Below, piece after piece: positions 36,320 through 46,814 of a stretch of DNA of 64,000 bases; position 1 is the stretch's first letter; every line of letters starts with the position of its first letter. Source of the DNA: an uncultured Planctomycetales bacterium. GTDB taxonomy: Bacteria > Omnitrophota > Gorgyraeia > Gygaellales > Profunditerraquicolaceae. Under the pieces are notes generated by a model. That model was given only the letters and a program-made list of their open reading frames with translations, was not told the DNA's origin and ran no database searches. A program made the position numbers and the translations under genes. The stretch lies in NCBI GenBank assembly GCA_964603585.1, contig CAZRVK010000001.1:438541-502540 (forward strand), written 5' to 3'.

Positions 36320-36390
36320 AAAGGGGACGTTTCTATTTTTCTGGTGATGGTTGCATTTTGGGGCTTCAGAAAAATAGAAACGTCCCCTTT
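36320..36390 (-). terminator. palindromic element copy 1, acting as terminator of the amt2-glnK2 operon
   Basis: 21-bp arms AAAGGGGACGTTTCTATTTTT and AAAAATAGAAACGTCCCCTTT with a 29-nt loop, followed by a T-run on the minus strand. Flanked by CCCTTTATT direct repeats. Confidence 0.6.
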
Positions 36391-36413
36391 ATTCCCTTTA
36401 TTCCCCCTTTATT

Positions 36414-36755
36414 CTATACAGCGATATCGCCTTTTTCTCCGGTGCGGATCCTTATAGCATCATCTACAGGATAAACAAATATCTTGCCATCGCCAATTTC
36501 ACCGGTCCTGGCGGTTTTAGCTATAGAATTTACGACTTTATCGAAATCACTGTCCTTAACAATTATTTCGATTTTTACTTTCGGCAAAAAATTAACTTTG
36601 TATTCCCGGCCGCGGAACTGCTCAACCAAGCCTTTTTGCCGGCCATGCCCTTCAATATGCGTGATCATCATCCCGGGGCAGCAATGCAATGTTTCTAAAG
36701 CCTCGGTAACTCCTTCTAACCTTTCTACCCGAATAACTGCCTCTATTTTCTTCAT
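36414..36755 (-). CDS. glnK: P-II nitrogen regulatory protein (second copy)
   Basis: 113-aa P-II fold (MKKIEAVIRVERLEGV...GDGKIFVYPV). Downstream of amt2. Confidence 0.85.
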   Translation of the reverse strand: MKKIEAVIRVERLEGVTEALETLHCCPGMMITHIEGHGRQKGLVEQFRGREYKVNFLPKVKIEIIVKDSDFDKVVNSIAKTARTGEIGDGKIFVYPVDDAIRIRTGEKGDIAV

Positions 36756-36811
36756 TTTGCTCCTTCCTCCCCTCTGCCTGAAAGCGAAACAAGAAAAATC
36801 AGGTTAATGGG

Positions 36812-38179
36812 TCAATTTTGATTCGTTGTATAAAAATTCGGATAAGCCGGAGTTCCATGTTCAATAACATCCAGCCCTTTTAATTCTTCTTCCGGCGAAA
36901 CTCTGACACCAAAACATTTATCCATCAGCTTAAAGGTAATTAATCCCAGACTAAAAGCCCAAGCCACACAAACGGCCGCTCCAATCACTTGAGCGATTAA
37001 CTGCCCCCAACCTCCCCCGTAGAATAACCCTTTAATTAATGGCGCAGTAGTTGTCCCCAAGCCATATGTTCCGTCAGCAAAAAGCCCCACACTAATAAGG
37101 CCCCAGACACCATTTACAGCATGCACACTGACCGCACCAACCGGATCATCTACCTTCATTGCTTCCCAAAAATATACGCTTACAACTACCAAAACACCGG
37201 CTATCGCACCAATAACCACAGCTGCCCACGCCTCTACCCAGGCACAAGGCGCGGTAACGGCGACCAATCCTGCCAGACAACCGTTTAGCATCATCCCCAG
37301 ATCCCACTTCTTTGTCTTCATAAATACCAAAAGAATAGCAACCGCCGCTCCTGCTGCTGCTGCCAGATTAGTATTCACCGCAATAACCGCAATCCTTAAT
37401 TGATGCGCAGAAAATGTAGAGCCTGGATTAAAACCAAACCATCCAAACCATAATATGAATGTACCCAGTGCCGCAAGGGTTATACTATGCCCGGGGATAG
37501 CCTTTGATTTTCCGTCTTTGCCTATTTTCCCGAACCTCGGACCAAGGACAATAGCACCGGCTAAACCAACAAAACCCCCTATAGTATGCACGACTCCGGA
37601 TCCGGCAAAATCAACATGTCCTGCTCCAAAAGGAAGTTTAGAAAGCCATCCTCCGCCCCAAACCCAGTGACCAAATATAGGATAGATGATCGCCGAAACT
37701 GCAAGGCTATATAAAAAATACGCCTTGAATTTTAATCTTTCTGCAACTGCTCCGGAGACAATCGTTGCCGCGGTTCCGGCAAAAACCATCTGCCAAAAGA
37801 ACACGAGATACTTTCCTACATCATAATTTGCCCCGTGTAAGAACCAACCCGATGTGCCGATTATCCCTTTGTAGTCATTTCCCATCATAAAAGCAAAACC
37901 AACAGCCATAAAAACAAGTGAAGCGACAACGAAATCAATCGTGTTTTTAGCCATAAGGTTAGTCGCATTTTTTGCCCGGCAAAACCCGGCCTCAACCATC
38001 GCAAACCCTGCCTGCATAAAAAAAACCAGGAATCCACAAACCAACACCCATACATAATCAACCGGTGCCTGTGGATTTTGCGCCAGCGTTTCGGCGCCTC
38101 CAGGATCCTGGGCAAAGCAGACCCCGCTAACCCAGGCAATCACTGCAGTAAATAAGAATATGAATATTCTTAGAAACAT
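36812..38179 (-). CDS. amt: ammonium transporter (second copy, with signal peptide)
   Basis: 455 aa. Amt signatures (DFAGSGVVH, GAVAERLKF). Confidence 0.9.
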   Translation of the reverse strand: MFLRIFIFLFTAVIAWVSGVCFAQDPGGAETLAQNPQAPVDYVWVLVCGFLVFFMQAGFAMVEAGFCRAKNATNLMAKNTIDFVVASLVFMAVGFAFMMGNDYKGIIGTSGWFLHGANYDVGKYLVFFWQMVFAGTAATIVSGAVAERLKFKAYFLYSLAVSAIIYPIFGHWVWGGGWLSKLPFGAGHVDFAGSGVVHTIGGFVGLAGAIVLGPRFGKIGKDGKSKAIPGHSITLAALGTFILWFGWFGFNPGSTFSAHQLRIAVIAVNTNLAAAAGAAVAILLVFMKTKKWDLGMMLNGCLAGLVAVTAPCAWVEAWAAVVIGAIAGVLVVVSVYFWEAMKVDDPVGAVSVHAVNGVWGLISVGLFADGTYGLGTTTAPLIKGLFYGGGWGQLIAQVIGAAVCVAWAFSLGLITFKLMDKCFGVRVSPEEELKGLDVIEHGTPAYPNFYTTNQN

Positions 38180-38199
38180 GGTTATTCCTCCTTTCTAAT

Positions 38200-38967
38200 T
38201 TAGAATGCATATACTAATGTACCCCCGCCGTAAAAACGCGATTTTTGATTGGCATGCGACTCGCTGGCTAAATCGCCAAAGGGAATCGAATAATTCAGGT
38301 TAGGGGAAAACTTCAGGTTTTTAGTTAACGGCATAGTCAACCCCACCTTTAAAGCAACATCTCCGCCATCTCCGTCGATGAATTGATTATGATTAAAACC
38401 TACATGGCCCGATAAATCCAAACTAAAATCATAACCTTTCAGCACAAACGGCAAGCTATGAGATGCATTGACTACAGTGTAATTGCCTAAACCTCCTCCA
38501 CTGGAAGGATTGCCATAGTCACGGTAAAAATATACCGAAGGGCTCAAGAACAAATTAGGGAAAGAAACCCCAGCATAGAATTCACGGCTGAATTTATTGG
38601 TGCCGGTGAAATCATAATACGTATGCCCAAAAGATATGCTGAAGTTCTTAAACCCGTAAGTATAATCAATGATATAGTCAAACTCATCCGAGTTTAAATC
38701 ATCGCTATTTTGCAAATCCTCATTGACCCACATACCCAGTTTCAGCTTGCCAAACTTTGTTTCTGGAGTTGATACATAAACTTCCGGCTGTAGTACAGCA
38801 TCCCTGTCCATAATGAACCCTCTCCAGATATACTGGCTAAACACTGATAAACCACCGCTTACTTCGACTTTCAGGTCAGACAACAAACCGGTTTTTTCTT
38901 CCTGTCCAAATACATTTGTCACCACCACCAAAAGAAACATAAATACTCCTATTGCTCTCTTCCACAT
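38200..38967 (-). CDS. TorF/Gcw_chp-family putative outer-membrane porin
   Basis: Signal peptide. FSQYIWRGFIMDRDAVLQPEVYVS matches the Gcw_chp N-terminal pattern. C-terminal aromatic residue. Lies 20 bp upstream of amt2. Confidence 0.6.
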   Translation of the reverse strand: MWKRAIGVFMFLLVVVTNVFGQEEKTGLLSDLKVEVSGGLSVFSQYIWRGFIMDRDAVLQPEVYVSTPETKFGKLKLGMWVNEDLQNSDDLNSDEFDYIIDYTYGFKNFSISFGHTYYDFTGTNKFSREFYAGVSFPNLFLSPSVYFYRDYGNPSSGGGLGNYTVVNASHSLPFVLKGYDFSLDLSGHVGFNHNQFIDGDGGDVALKVGLTMPLTKNLKFSPNLNYSIPFGDLASESHANQKSRFYGGGTLVYAF

Positions 38968-39267
38968 GCTTCCCTCCTTATTTAAAACCGTTTTATACGT
39001 AGTTTTTCCTCATAAATATTGTCAACCTGATACCGCATCCATCTTGGAGCGCCCCTGATCCAACGAGTACTCTTTTGTACTCAAAAACCCAAGGAGAGTG
39101 CCTCCTGTTCTTTTGAGGCACCTATGCCCCAAACACACTACTACAAACAAAAACGCCCTTTCGGCACTCAACATTAGCGCCTTAAGGACGTCTACGCCCT
39201 GCCACTTGCCACTTCTCTGCAGCAAATGAATAAACCAATTTTTAATCGGATATTACATTTTCTCCGG

Positions 39268-40494
39268 TTACTTCTTCATATTACTGGCTAAAATAATTGC
39301 CTCGGCAATCTCACGCATGGGCTTACAGGTATCCATGCTTTTACGGTTGATCAAGCGATAAGCATCATCCTCATTTATCTTTAACTCCTTCATTAAGAAA
39401 CCCTTGGCCCGCTCAACCATCTTTCGCGTCTCTAACGCCTCTTTAACCCGTAATGTCTCTTCCATAAGTTTTGTATTCTCTACCGCCACAGCAGCCTGAT
39501 TTGCCACCATTTGCAATATATCGATTTCCTCCTGCGCGAAAGAATGAAGTTCTTTTGTGTATATATTAATAATACCTATTGCTTTATCTTTTACGACCAT
39601 CGGAACCGATAACATCGACGTAAGATTTTCTTTAATTGCCAAATCACGGTAATGGTATCTTTTTTCATCACGCACATCATAGATTACGATAGGTTTCCTG
39701 GTTTTAACCACCTCTCCGCTTAAGCTGGCATTAACTTTGATATTGGACTTCTTTTTATACTCCTCACTCAAGCTCTGGGTAGCTTTAATAACCAGTTCAT
39801 CCCCTTTTTGGTCCAAAAGCATAATAGAACATATCTTCGAATCAAGCATTTTAGCGGTAACAACCACAATAAGGTTTAAAATCTCATCCAGATACACCTG
39901 CGAAGTAATGGACTGGCTGACCTTGATCAAGCTATCAAACTGCAAAGCCTTCCTTCTTTTGTCCTCATACAACCGGGCGTTTACAATCACCCCTCCGGTT
40001 TGCTTGGCTATAATCGAAATTAAACTAACAGTATTGCCGGCATATTCATGCGGTTTTTTATGCTGGATATTGATAACCCCAATACAATCACCTTTGCAAA
40101 CAATCGGGACAGAAAGAAATGCTTCATATTTATCCTCCAGCAACACATCCAGGTTCTTGAAACGCGGGTCCAGATATGCCTTGTTATTGATAACAACCGG
40201 CTTATTTTCCTTAGCTACCCAGCCGGTAATCCCCTCTCCTATTTTAAGATTTACCCTGCCTAATTCTTTTTGATGCGGCATCTTTGAAGCCATAAGGACT
40301 AAATGCCGCTTTTTCTCATCAAATAAATAGATAAAAACAGAATCCGCATGAGTCATATCATTAACGACCTGAACCATCTCCCCAAGGATCAAGTTTAAAT
40401 CCAATGCGGAATTAGTAATTTCAACAATCCTTCTTAATATCTTGACTTCCTGCAGCGAAGTAATATTCAACGTCTTTCCTTTTGTCTTTTCCAT
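39268..40494 (-). CDS. tandem GAF domain + ANTAR RNA-binding antitermination regulator
   Basis: Two GAF folds. C-terminus RKMVERAKGFLMKELKINEDDAYRLINRKSMDTCKPMREIAEAII is an ANTAR domain. Confidence 0.75.
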   Translation of the reverse strand: MEKTKGKTLNITSLQEVKILRRIVEITNSALDLNLILGEMVQVVNDMTHADSVFIYLFDEKKRHLVLMASKMPHQKELGRVNLKIGEGITGWVAKENKPVVINNKAYLDPRFKNLDVLLEDKYEAFLSVPIVCKGDCIGVINIQHKKPHEYAGNTVSLISIIAKQTGGVIVNARLYEDKRRKALQFDSLIKVSQSITSQVYLDEILNLIVVVTAKMLDSKICSIMLLDQKGDELVIKATQSLSEEYKKKSNIKVNASLSGEVVKTRKPIVIYDVRDEKRYHYRDLAIKENLTSMLSVPMVVKDKAIGIINIYTKELHSFAQEEIDILQMVANQAAVAVENTKLMEETLRVKEALETRKMVERAKGFLMKELKINEDDAYRLINRKSMDTCKPMREIAEAIILASNMKK

Positions 40495-40735
40495 ATACCA
40501 CCTTTAATCAAGCCTTTTACCTTGGATCTACCCCAAAAACAAAAAATCCTCTTTCAAACAAAGCTGTTTGTAAAGAGGACTTCTTCGCCCTTATTGAAAA
40601 GCTCTCGCGGCTTCTGCATTAACTCTGATTTTCATTTAAAGTTTACAGTATGCATCCTAAACTGTCAAGAATTATTTTACGGCCAGAAAAAATGACCGGA
40701 ACAATTTTCTTTTCCTCTACCGGTAAATCGGCGGG

Positions 40736-41503
40736 TTATTTGGGGATTTTCTGCAGGATCTTATTTGTTTCATAATAAATTATACCTGGCAGGCTTATTC
40801 GGCTAAGATATGCTTTTATTTGGGACTCATCAGAAGTAATCTGACATATTTCTTTTTTATCTTTCCAGGGAAGGCTTTTAACATTGATCCCCAAGAATGA
40901 AATCTTTTTTATCAGGCTGTATATCACCGGAATAAGCGAACCAACTCCCTCCCCCGAGAACACAATATTATCTAACCCACCCAATACCGAGATCCCCTCA
41001 CCGACATACTTTAATAATTGCGCCTCGTAAATCTCAAAAGCTGAATTAACCTTGGGATCTTTGCCGTAAAACTTAACCAATTCCTTTAGTTCAAGATCAT
41101 ACCCTGTAAGCCCTAAAAATCCGCTTTCATTCTTTAAAATATCATCGATCTTATAAATTGAAAATTTATGTTCGTTCATTAAATAAAATACTGTTCCTGG
41201 ATCCAGGTCTCCGCAACTTATCCTGGACATCACCCCTTCTAACGGAGTAAATCCAAGGCTAATAGCAAGAGGAAGATTATTTCTTACCGGGCAAACCGTA
41301 GTTTGTTTATCGAGGACTACGGAGATAATATTCCCTTTTTGCGCAAACATGTCTGCATTAGCCTCATGGAATATGCCATGGAATCCCCATTTTTTTATCC
41401 TATTGTTCTTATGAAACTCGTAAGGAATAGCGTAATATTTTTCCTCTATCAAAAGGCAGTTTAAGTCAATAGGGGCCGGAACAAATCCAGCCCCTATCTG
41501 CAA
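40736..41503 (-). pseudogene. acetate kinase C-terminal fragment (N-terminal ~180 aa absent)
   Basis: Matches AckA from the GFHG(T/I)SH motif onward (SLGFTPLEGVMSRISCGDLDPG, NESGFLGLTG). Lacks the N-terminal ATP-binding domain. The ORF begins 15 bp from the upstream gene. Confidence 0.5.
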
Positions 41504-41518
41504 TACACCAAAAAGGCC

Positions 41519-41944
41519 TTACCTGCTTTTATTCATTTTCTTCTGATAATCTTTTACCTCTTTGTTGACTTTTGCCTCTGCTTCTTTTGCCTTCTTCTTG
41601 GTTTTTGTTCCCATTTCCTTTGCTTTATTCTTGGCATCTTCCAGTTGCGCCTTATGCGACTTAGCTGCTTCTTGCACTTTAGCAGCAAGATCCTTGCCCT
41701 TTAATCCTTGAGCTCTGGCCGATTTTGCTGCCTGGGCAACAACACTTTTTGCTTCCGAAGCAGTAACGCCGCTTTCAACAAGACTCTTTACAGACGCGCT
41801 TATAGATGGAACTTCATTAGAAGCGATAACCCCGGATTTTTGCAACTCCGCAGCCACTTGATTGGCTATCTTCGAAGCATCCTCCGCATACGCACATAGC
41901 GCAAACCCCATTACCAATACTGCTGTTAACAATATACTCTTCAT
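41519..41944 (-). CDS. secreted Ala/Lys-rich low-complexity protein
   Basis: Signal peptide followed by AK/KA-rich repeats. Confidence 0.4.
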   Translation of the reverse strand: MKSILLTAVLVMGFALCAYAEDASKIANQVAAELQKSGVIASNEVPSISASVKSLVESGVTASEAKSVVAQAAKSARAQGLKGKDLAAKVQEAAKSHKAQLEDAKNKAKEMGTKTKKKAKEAEAKVNKEVKDYQKKMNKSR

Positions 41945-42118
41945 ACACCCTCCTCTTATTCCTAATGCTATTAACTACCAACTGTCCACAAACAATATGC
42001 TCTGTATAAGCGGTCATACGCAAAAACTTCAGCGCACACCCACCTCCTTTCCATATCTATTTTTTTCTTCACCTCAACAATAAAAGCTTCCCAGAAGCTC
42101 CCTTAGTTAAATCCATAT

Positions 42119-42529
42119 CTACTTGGATAAATATTTATTTAATTCTGCTGATGTCTTCTTGCCAATAATGCCGTCGGTCTTAAGACCTTTTGCTCTTTGG
42201 AATTTAATAATTGCTGCCTTCGTCTTAGGCCCTATATTTCCGTCGATTGATCCATCATAACAACCGGCATTTTTAAGCGCCCGCTGAATTTGTTTCGGGC
42301 TTAACTGTATTCCCTGACCGGTATGAGTTTTCTTTAGAGACTTCTCATAGTTCTCGGATAAACGCGTATCACTATAATCATAATTTTGGTAAGACAACTC
42401 TTGTTGGGATGCTTCTTGGAGTTTTTCGGATACTGCCGGCTGTGATTTAATAACCTGTTTCTTAGAATTTGAAGCGCATCCACCTAAAACAAAAACAAAC
42501 AGCACAAGAAAAATCACTTCTTTAGACAT
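42119..42529 (-). CDS. lipoprotein with peptidoglycan-binding (PG_binding_1) domain
   Basis: LGGCAS lipobox. C-terminus CYDGSIDGNIGPKTKAAIIKFQRAKGLKTDGIIGKKT. Confidence 0.6.
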   Translation of the reverse strand: MSKEVIFLVLFVFVLGGCASNSKKQVIKSQPAVSEKLQEASQQELSYQNYDYSDTRLSENYEKSLKKTHTGQGIQLSPKQIQRALKNAGCYDGSIDGNIGPKTKAAIIKFQRAKGLKTDGIIGKKTSAELNKYLSK

Positions 42530-42557
42530 ACTGGCTCCTCCCGTTTAAAAAGCTAAT

Positions 42558-43505
42558 CTACTCTATAGGGATAATTATTTTCTTTCCCGGCTTAAGCTTA
42601 TTGGGATCCTTAATAATATCCTTATTTAATTCGTATAAATACTTCCAACGATGCGCCGCACCAAGCTGGTCTTTGGCAATTCTTGACAGGCTATCCCCTT
42701 TTTTTATGACGTACTCTCTTGTGCTGGATTTAACTTCAGCTTCAACTATTTCTTTCTTCTCAATCATATACCTGCCCTCTTCTATAGGCAGTGCCTCAGG
42801 TTCCTGCGGGACTCCAGGATACGGAAGCATCACTTCTTCAACTTCAGCCAGCATAAATTGAGCATTTCTATCTTTTTGCATGCCTTCAATATCCGTAACA
42901 TGAGCCACAGCGTCAAGCTTCCCCCGGCTGATAATCTTTATACGTTCCTCATCAATACCGCTTTCAAGCATATAACGCTTAACCGATTCCCCTCGCCGCC
43001 TGCCCAGCTTTTCATTATAAGCCTCTGAACCACGGCGATCGCAATTTCCTGTAATAAGAATACTCGATCCAGGATTGCGTTTTAAGGTTCCAACAGCACC
43101 TTGAAGGATCCTAAGTGCATCATCGCGTAAAATCGATCTATCGTAGTCAAAGTAAATCTTTACGTTTCTTATTATTTTCTTAATAAGCAATGCCGGTCGA
43201 AGCTCTTGCGGTTTTGGCTCCGGGAGTTCTTCTGCCCGATAATCAAAAATTATCTTATACACATACACATATCCCCTATTACCCCATGGACGGGCTTTTC
43301 CGGGCTCTTCCGGCCACCACCAGTACCCGCCGTGTTCGGGATCTTTTACCGGCCCAGGCTTAGCGTCAGTAGGCCACCACTCAAATCGTTTCTGCAATTC
43401 TTTTAATTCTTTTTCCCTCCTTGATTTTCTTTCCGGTTTAAAATCAGCGTAACTTAAATTAGAGAACGCCAGAATAAGAACCAACGCTAAGATTATCTTC
43501 TTCAT
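42558..43505 (-). CDS. OmpA/MotB-domain protein with C-terminal LysM
   Basis: TGNCDRRGSEAYNEKLGRRRGESVKRYM is an OmpA_C signature. C-terminus YVIKKGDSLSRIAKD...KPGKKIIIP is LysM. Confidence 0.75.
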   Translation of the reverse strand: MKKIILALVLILAFSNLSYADFKPERKSRREKELKELQKRFEWWPTDAKPGPVKDPEHGGYWWWPEEPGKARPWGNRGYVYVYKIIFDYRAEELPEPKPQELRPALLIKKIIRNVKIYFDYDRSILRDDALRILQGAVGTLKRNPGSSILITGNCDRRGSEAYNEKLGRRRGESVKRYMLESGIDEERIKIISRGKLDAVAHVTDIEGMQKDRNAQFMLAEVEEVMLPYPGVPQEPEALPIEEGRYMIEKKEIVEAEVKSSTREYVIKKGDSLSRIAKDQLGAAHRWKYLYELNKDIIKDPNKLKPGKKIIIPIE

Positions 43506-43562
43506 AACTACACCTCACTCATTGTATTTTCTTACGGCGCATCCATTAAAATAAATACCTGC

Positions 43563-43904
43563 TTAATAGGCTTTTTCCTCTTGTCTTTCCTGCTGAAAAG
43601 CTTTTAGCTTATCGATCACAATCCCGATTTCATCCCACTTTTTCCTGGGGATATGTCTCTCTAAATCCTTAAGATCAACCTTACTTTCTAATTCCATTAG
43701 CGCCCCTTCGATCTCGTTTAGAATACGGTCTTTATCGGCCTGGATACTATTTAACCGCATCAATTCCTGCTGGAGATATTCAATCTTTTTCCCGCAAAGC
43801 ATAGAACTATCCTGGAGGATGAAAAGTTCTTTTTGTAAATAATAAGCCCTGGTCGCCAATATTACTGCGACCACAACTAATATTGTAAAAATTAACGGTT
43901 TCAT
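43563..43904 (-). CDS. membrane-anchored coiled-coil protein, unknown function
   Basis: N-terminal TM helix, then a coiled-coil region. Confidence 0.3.
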   Translation of the reverse strand: MKPLIFTILVVVAVILATRAYYLQKELFILQDSSMLCGKKIEYLQQELMRLNSIQADKDRILNEIEGALMELESKVDLKDLERHIPRKKWDEIGIVIDKLKAFQQERQEEKAY

Positions 43905-44006
43905 AGTTCAATCAGGCCTTTTGCAAATAAATTTACCGTATTAGACAAGTAAATTAGTATAACTTAAAATCGTCCGCCGAAAGCACTTGGCATGTAAAAA
44001 TCAGAA

Positions 44007-44360
44007 CTACTGATTTACTGCCTCTTTTATCTTGGCCACGAGTATATCTACTCCTTGTGATTTATTATGGTATGCAAAAGCTCCCAAGACGCATTGCACC
44101 TGTTCTTCGATCGGATAGACGCTTGAAACTATAACTTTCATATTCCGGTCATACTCACGAACAACCTCATACATCACTTTCCCATTCACTTCCGGCATAT
44201 TGATATCAAGCAGGACTAAATCGAATTGCTCTCGGATCAAAAGATTAGTTGCCTCTTGCGCGGTTGAAGCATGCTTTGCCTCAAGCCCCTCCTCCAATAA
44301 CAACCTGGAATACAATTCGCCTATTCTCTGCTCATCATCAATAATAAGTATCCTTTGCAT
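44007..44360 (-). CDS. single-domain response regulator (receiver)
   Basis: ILIIDDE...LVLLDINMP and a conserved K. Confidence 0.75.
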   Translation of the reverse strand: MQRILIIDDEQRIGELYSRLLLEEGLEAKHASTAQEATNLLIREQFDLVLLDINMPEVNGKVMYEVVREYDRNMKVIVSSVYPIEEQVQCVLGAFAYHNKSQGVDILVAKIKEAVNQ

Positions 44361-44515
44361 AACCTGGCCCCTTAAAACACCATCCGATTTTATAATTTAA
44401 ACCACCTTAACAGGCAAAACCATTTTCAGGTTATGTTAACAAACCTCTCATGAACAGAAGATTAAAATTAAATTAATTTTTTGTAATCTTTGAATTTGGA
44501 TCCAAGGACTAAAAA

Positions 44516-45970
44516 TCAGGCGTGTAGAATAGGAAGGATTACGATAAATGTTGTGCCTTCGCCAAGATGGGTTTCCACTTCGATGTCTCCATTATGAAAT
44601 TTGGCAATGGACTTGGCAATACTTAAACCTAAACCGATACTACCGTCACTTTCTTTCTGAAATTTTTCTTTATGGAAAAACCGCTGAAAAATCCTGGACA
44701 GATCCTCTTTGTTTATTCCCGGGCCGTTATCCGATATATAGACCTTTACTGCTGGGCCTTGATTAACTACAGATAAACTGATCTTTCCGTTTTTAGGCGT
44801 GAATCTAACTGCATTCTGAATAAGATTAAAGAATAAACGGCTTAAATGCAATTTATTACCCTCCATCATAATTTGGCCTTCAGGGACAACACCTGCCAAG
44901 ACTATTTGCTTCTCTTTCACCAGAGTTTGGACGCGATTGCGTATATCCGTAAAAAATGGTATAAAATCAAAAACTTCTTTCTTTATGTTATCAGGATTGT
45001 AATCAAGCTTTGCCAAAAACACCAAGTCCTCTACAATACGAATCATCCTATTGGCTTCATCAATATTGACGCTTAAAGCTTTTCGATAATCATCGGTTTG
45101 CCTTTCTTTGCGCAGAGCGATTTCCGATTCACCTTTAATAATCGCAAGCGGGGTTTTTAATTCGTGTCCGATACTGGAACTGAATTCTTTTATGTAGTCA
45201 AAAGAATTCTCTAAACGCTCAAGCATCATGTTGATTGATTTAGCCAAACATTCCAACTCCATTTCCAAATTCGCAGTACTCACACGCCCGCTTAGGCTTT
45301 TAAGATTAATATTGCGCGTCGTTACCGCAATATCCTCAACGGCAGAAAGAATCCTCCTTGTCAATAGAACAAACGTTGAGCCCACTAAGACAATTATGAC
45401 CAACGCCGGGACAGCGATTAAAACCATCATCCCGACAATTTTTCTCCCTAAAGAAATCTCGGATTCTTTGATGTTTAATTCGTTGATCCTAATAAACTCC
45501 TCGCACTTCTCATATAGGGATTCGAAGGCTTTCCACATATCCTTAAGGAGTATTCTTTTTGCACTCCGGATCTTGCCTAAATCATAAAGCCGTTTAGCCT
45601 TATAACGTTCGCTTTCATATAAATCATAAAGTTTTTTAATGTCTTTGACAATCTCCTTTTCCCGCGAAGTCAAGGCCGTATCTGAAACTTTGTTCAGCCA
45701 CTCCGAAAAATTAACTTTTTTTTCTTCAAGTTTCTTTATCCAGACTGGATTACCATCCAGAAAATAATTAGATAAAAATCCTTTCTGGCTAAGCAGGGCC
45801 AGCTCTAACTCTTCCGCAGCTTTAATGGCCGCGACATTATCCCGCATAGTGCTCAAAAAGATCTTTTGCATATTACGGGTAGTGATAAAAGCAAATATCA
45901 CCGTAAATACGCATAAAAGCACCATAACCCAAAAACCGGTCATGACTCTCTTACGGAAACTTTTCTGCAT
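44516..45970 (-). CDS. sensor histidine kinase (TM sensor, HAMP, HisKA, HATPase_c)
   Basis: H-box SIGHELKTPL. N-box NLIQNAVRF. G-boxes SDNGPGI and GLGLSIAK. Confidence 0.85.
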   Translation of the reverse strand: MQKSFRKRVMTGFWVMVLLCVFTVIFAFITTRNMQKIFLSTMRDNVAAIKAAEELELALLSQKGFLSNYFLDGNPVWIKKLEEKKVNFSEWLNKVSDTALTSREKEIVKDIKKLYDLYESERYKAKRLYDLGKIRSAKRILLKDMWKAFESLYEKCEEFIRINELNIKESEISLGRKIVGMMVLIAVPALVIIVLVGSTFVLLTRRILSAVEDIAVTTRNINLKSLSGRVSTANLEMELECLAKSINMMLERLENSFDYIKEFSSSIGHELKTPLAIIKGESEIALRKERQTDDYRKALSVNIDEANRMIRIVEDLVFLAKLDYNPDNIKKEVFDFIPFFTDIRNRVQTLVKEKQIVLAGVVPEGQIMMEGNKLHLSRLFFNLIQNAVRFTPKNGKISLSVVNQGPAVKVYISDNGPGINKEDLSRIFQRFFHKEKFQKESDGSIGLGLSIAKSIAKFHNGDIEVETHLGEGTTFIVILPILHA

Positions 45971-45972
45971 CG

Positions 45973-46647
45973 CTATCCTTTGAGGATGTATCCGGTACCA
46001 CGAAGAGAATGGATAAGCTTCTTCTTAAATCCACTGTCTATCTTATTGCGCAGACGATTTATAAAGACATCTATAACATTTGTCAGGCTATCAAAATCTT
46101 CATTCCAGACGTGTTCAGATATATCGGTTCTCGTAACTACATGATTCGCATGCAGCATAAGATATTCGAGCAAATTATACTCTCTGCCCGTCAAGTTAAT
46201 TTCTTTTTGCCCACGAATGGTTTTATGAGTAAGCTGGTTTAATTCCAAGTCCGCTACTTTTAAAATGGGACTTTTATCCAAACGTTTCCGTCGTAAAAGT
46301 GCAGCAATCCTAGCCAGAAGCTCGTCAAAATCAAACGGCTTGCCTAAATAATCATCTGCCCCGGTCTCAAGGCCCAGCACTTTATCTTTAACGTCATCAC
46401 AGGCAGTAAGCATAAGGATAAAGGCATCTATTTTCTTTACCCGCAGATCCTTGCAAATCGCAAATCCATTTGTATCCGGCAGCATAACATCAAGGATAAT
46501 TAAGTCGTAGTGGTTAGTCTCCGCCAAGAAGAACGCATTTTCTCCGTTTGGAGCAACATCAACTACATAGCGCTCCTCTTCAAGCCCGCGCTTGATAAAA
46601 CTCGCCATTCTTCTTTCATCTTCTACTAATAGTATCCGCATTCCCAA
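45973..46647 (-). CDS. OmpR-family DNA-binding response regulator
   Basis: Receiver domain (ILLVEDE, LIILDVMLP) plus a winged-helix C-terminus. The kinase gene follows 2 bp downstream. Confidence 0.9.
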   Translation of the reverse strand: MGMRILLVEDERRMASFIKRGLEEERYVVDVAPNGENAFFLAETNHYDLIILDVMLPDTNGFAICKDLRVKKIDAFILMLTACDDVKDKVLGLETGADDYLGKPFDFDELLARIAALLRRKRLDKSPILKVADLELNQLTHKTIRGQKEINLTGREYNLLEYLMLHANHVVTRTDISEHVWNEDFDSLTNVIDVFINRLRNKIDSGFKKKLIHSLRGTGYILKG

Positions 46648-46814
46648 GAAAATAAAGCATCATCCTGCACCATACAGGATAACACCCACCCTGCTTTCTA
46701 AAGTTTTTTTCGAGAAATCTATCCGCAGCCCATTTATTACGGCTTGTTGCCCGGCATTATATCACGGTAAACTTTCACGGCAAAAGAAACGTCACCCAAC
46801 TTATACCATAACCG

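Noticed and set aside
38968-39267. Several hairpins upstream of the TorF-porin/amt2 operon considered as ANTAR target or riboswitch
   Set aside because: The hairpins lie upstream of the best candidate -35/-10 (TTGACA...TATAAA) rather than in the leader. There is no T-tract terminator partner overlapping the second hairpin and no match to known riboswitch consensus sequences.
41817-42023. Cys-rich 68-aa ORF upstream of the Ala/Lys-rich secreted protein, considered as the missing acetate kinase N-terminus or a metal-binding peptide
   Set aside because: It has no similarity to acetate kinase N-domains, overlaps the signal peptide of the neighbouring gene on the same strand in another frame, and has no RBS.
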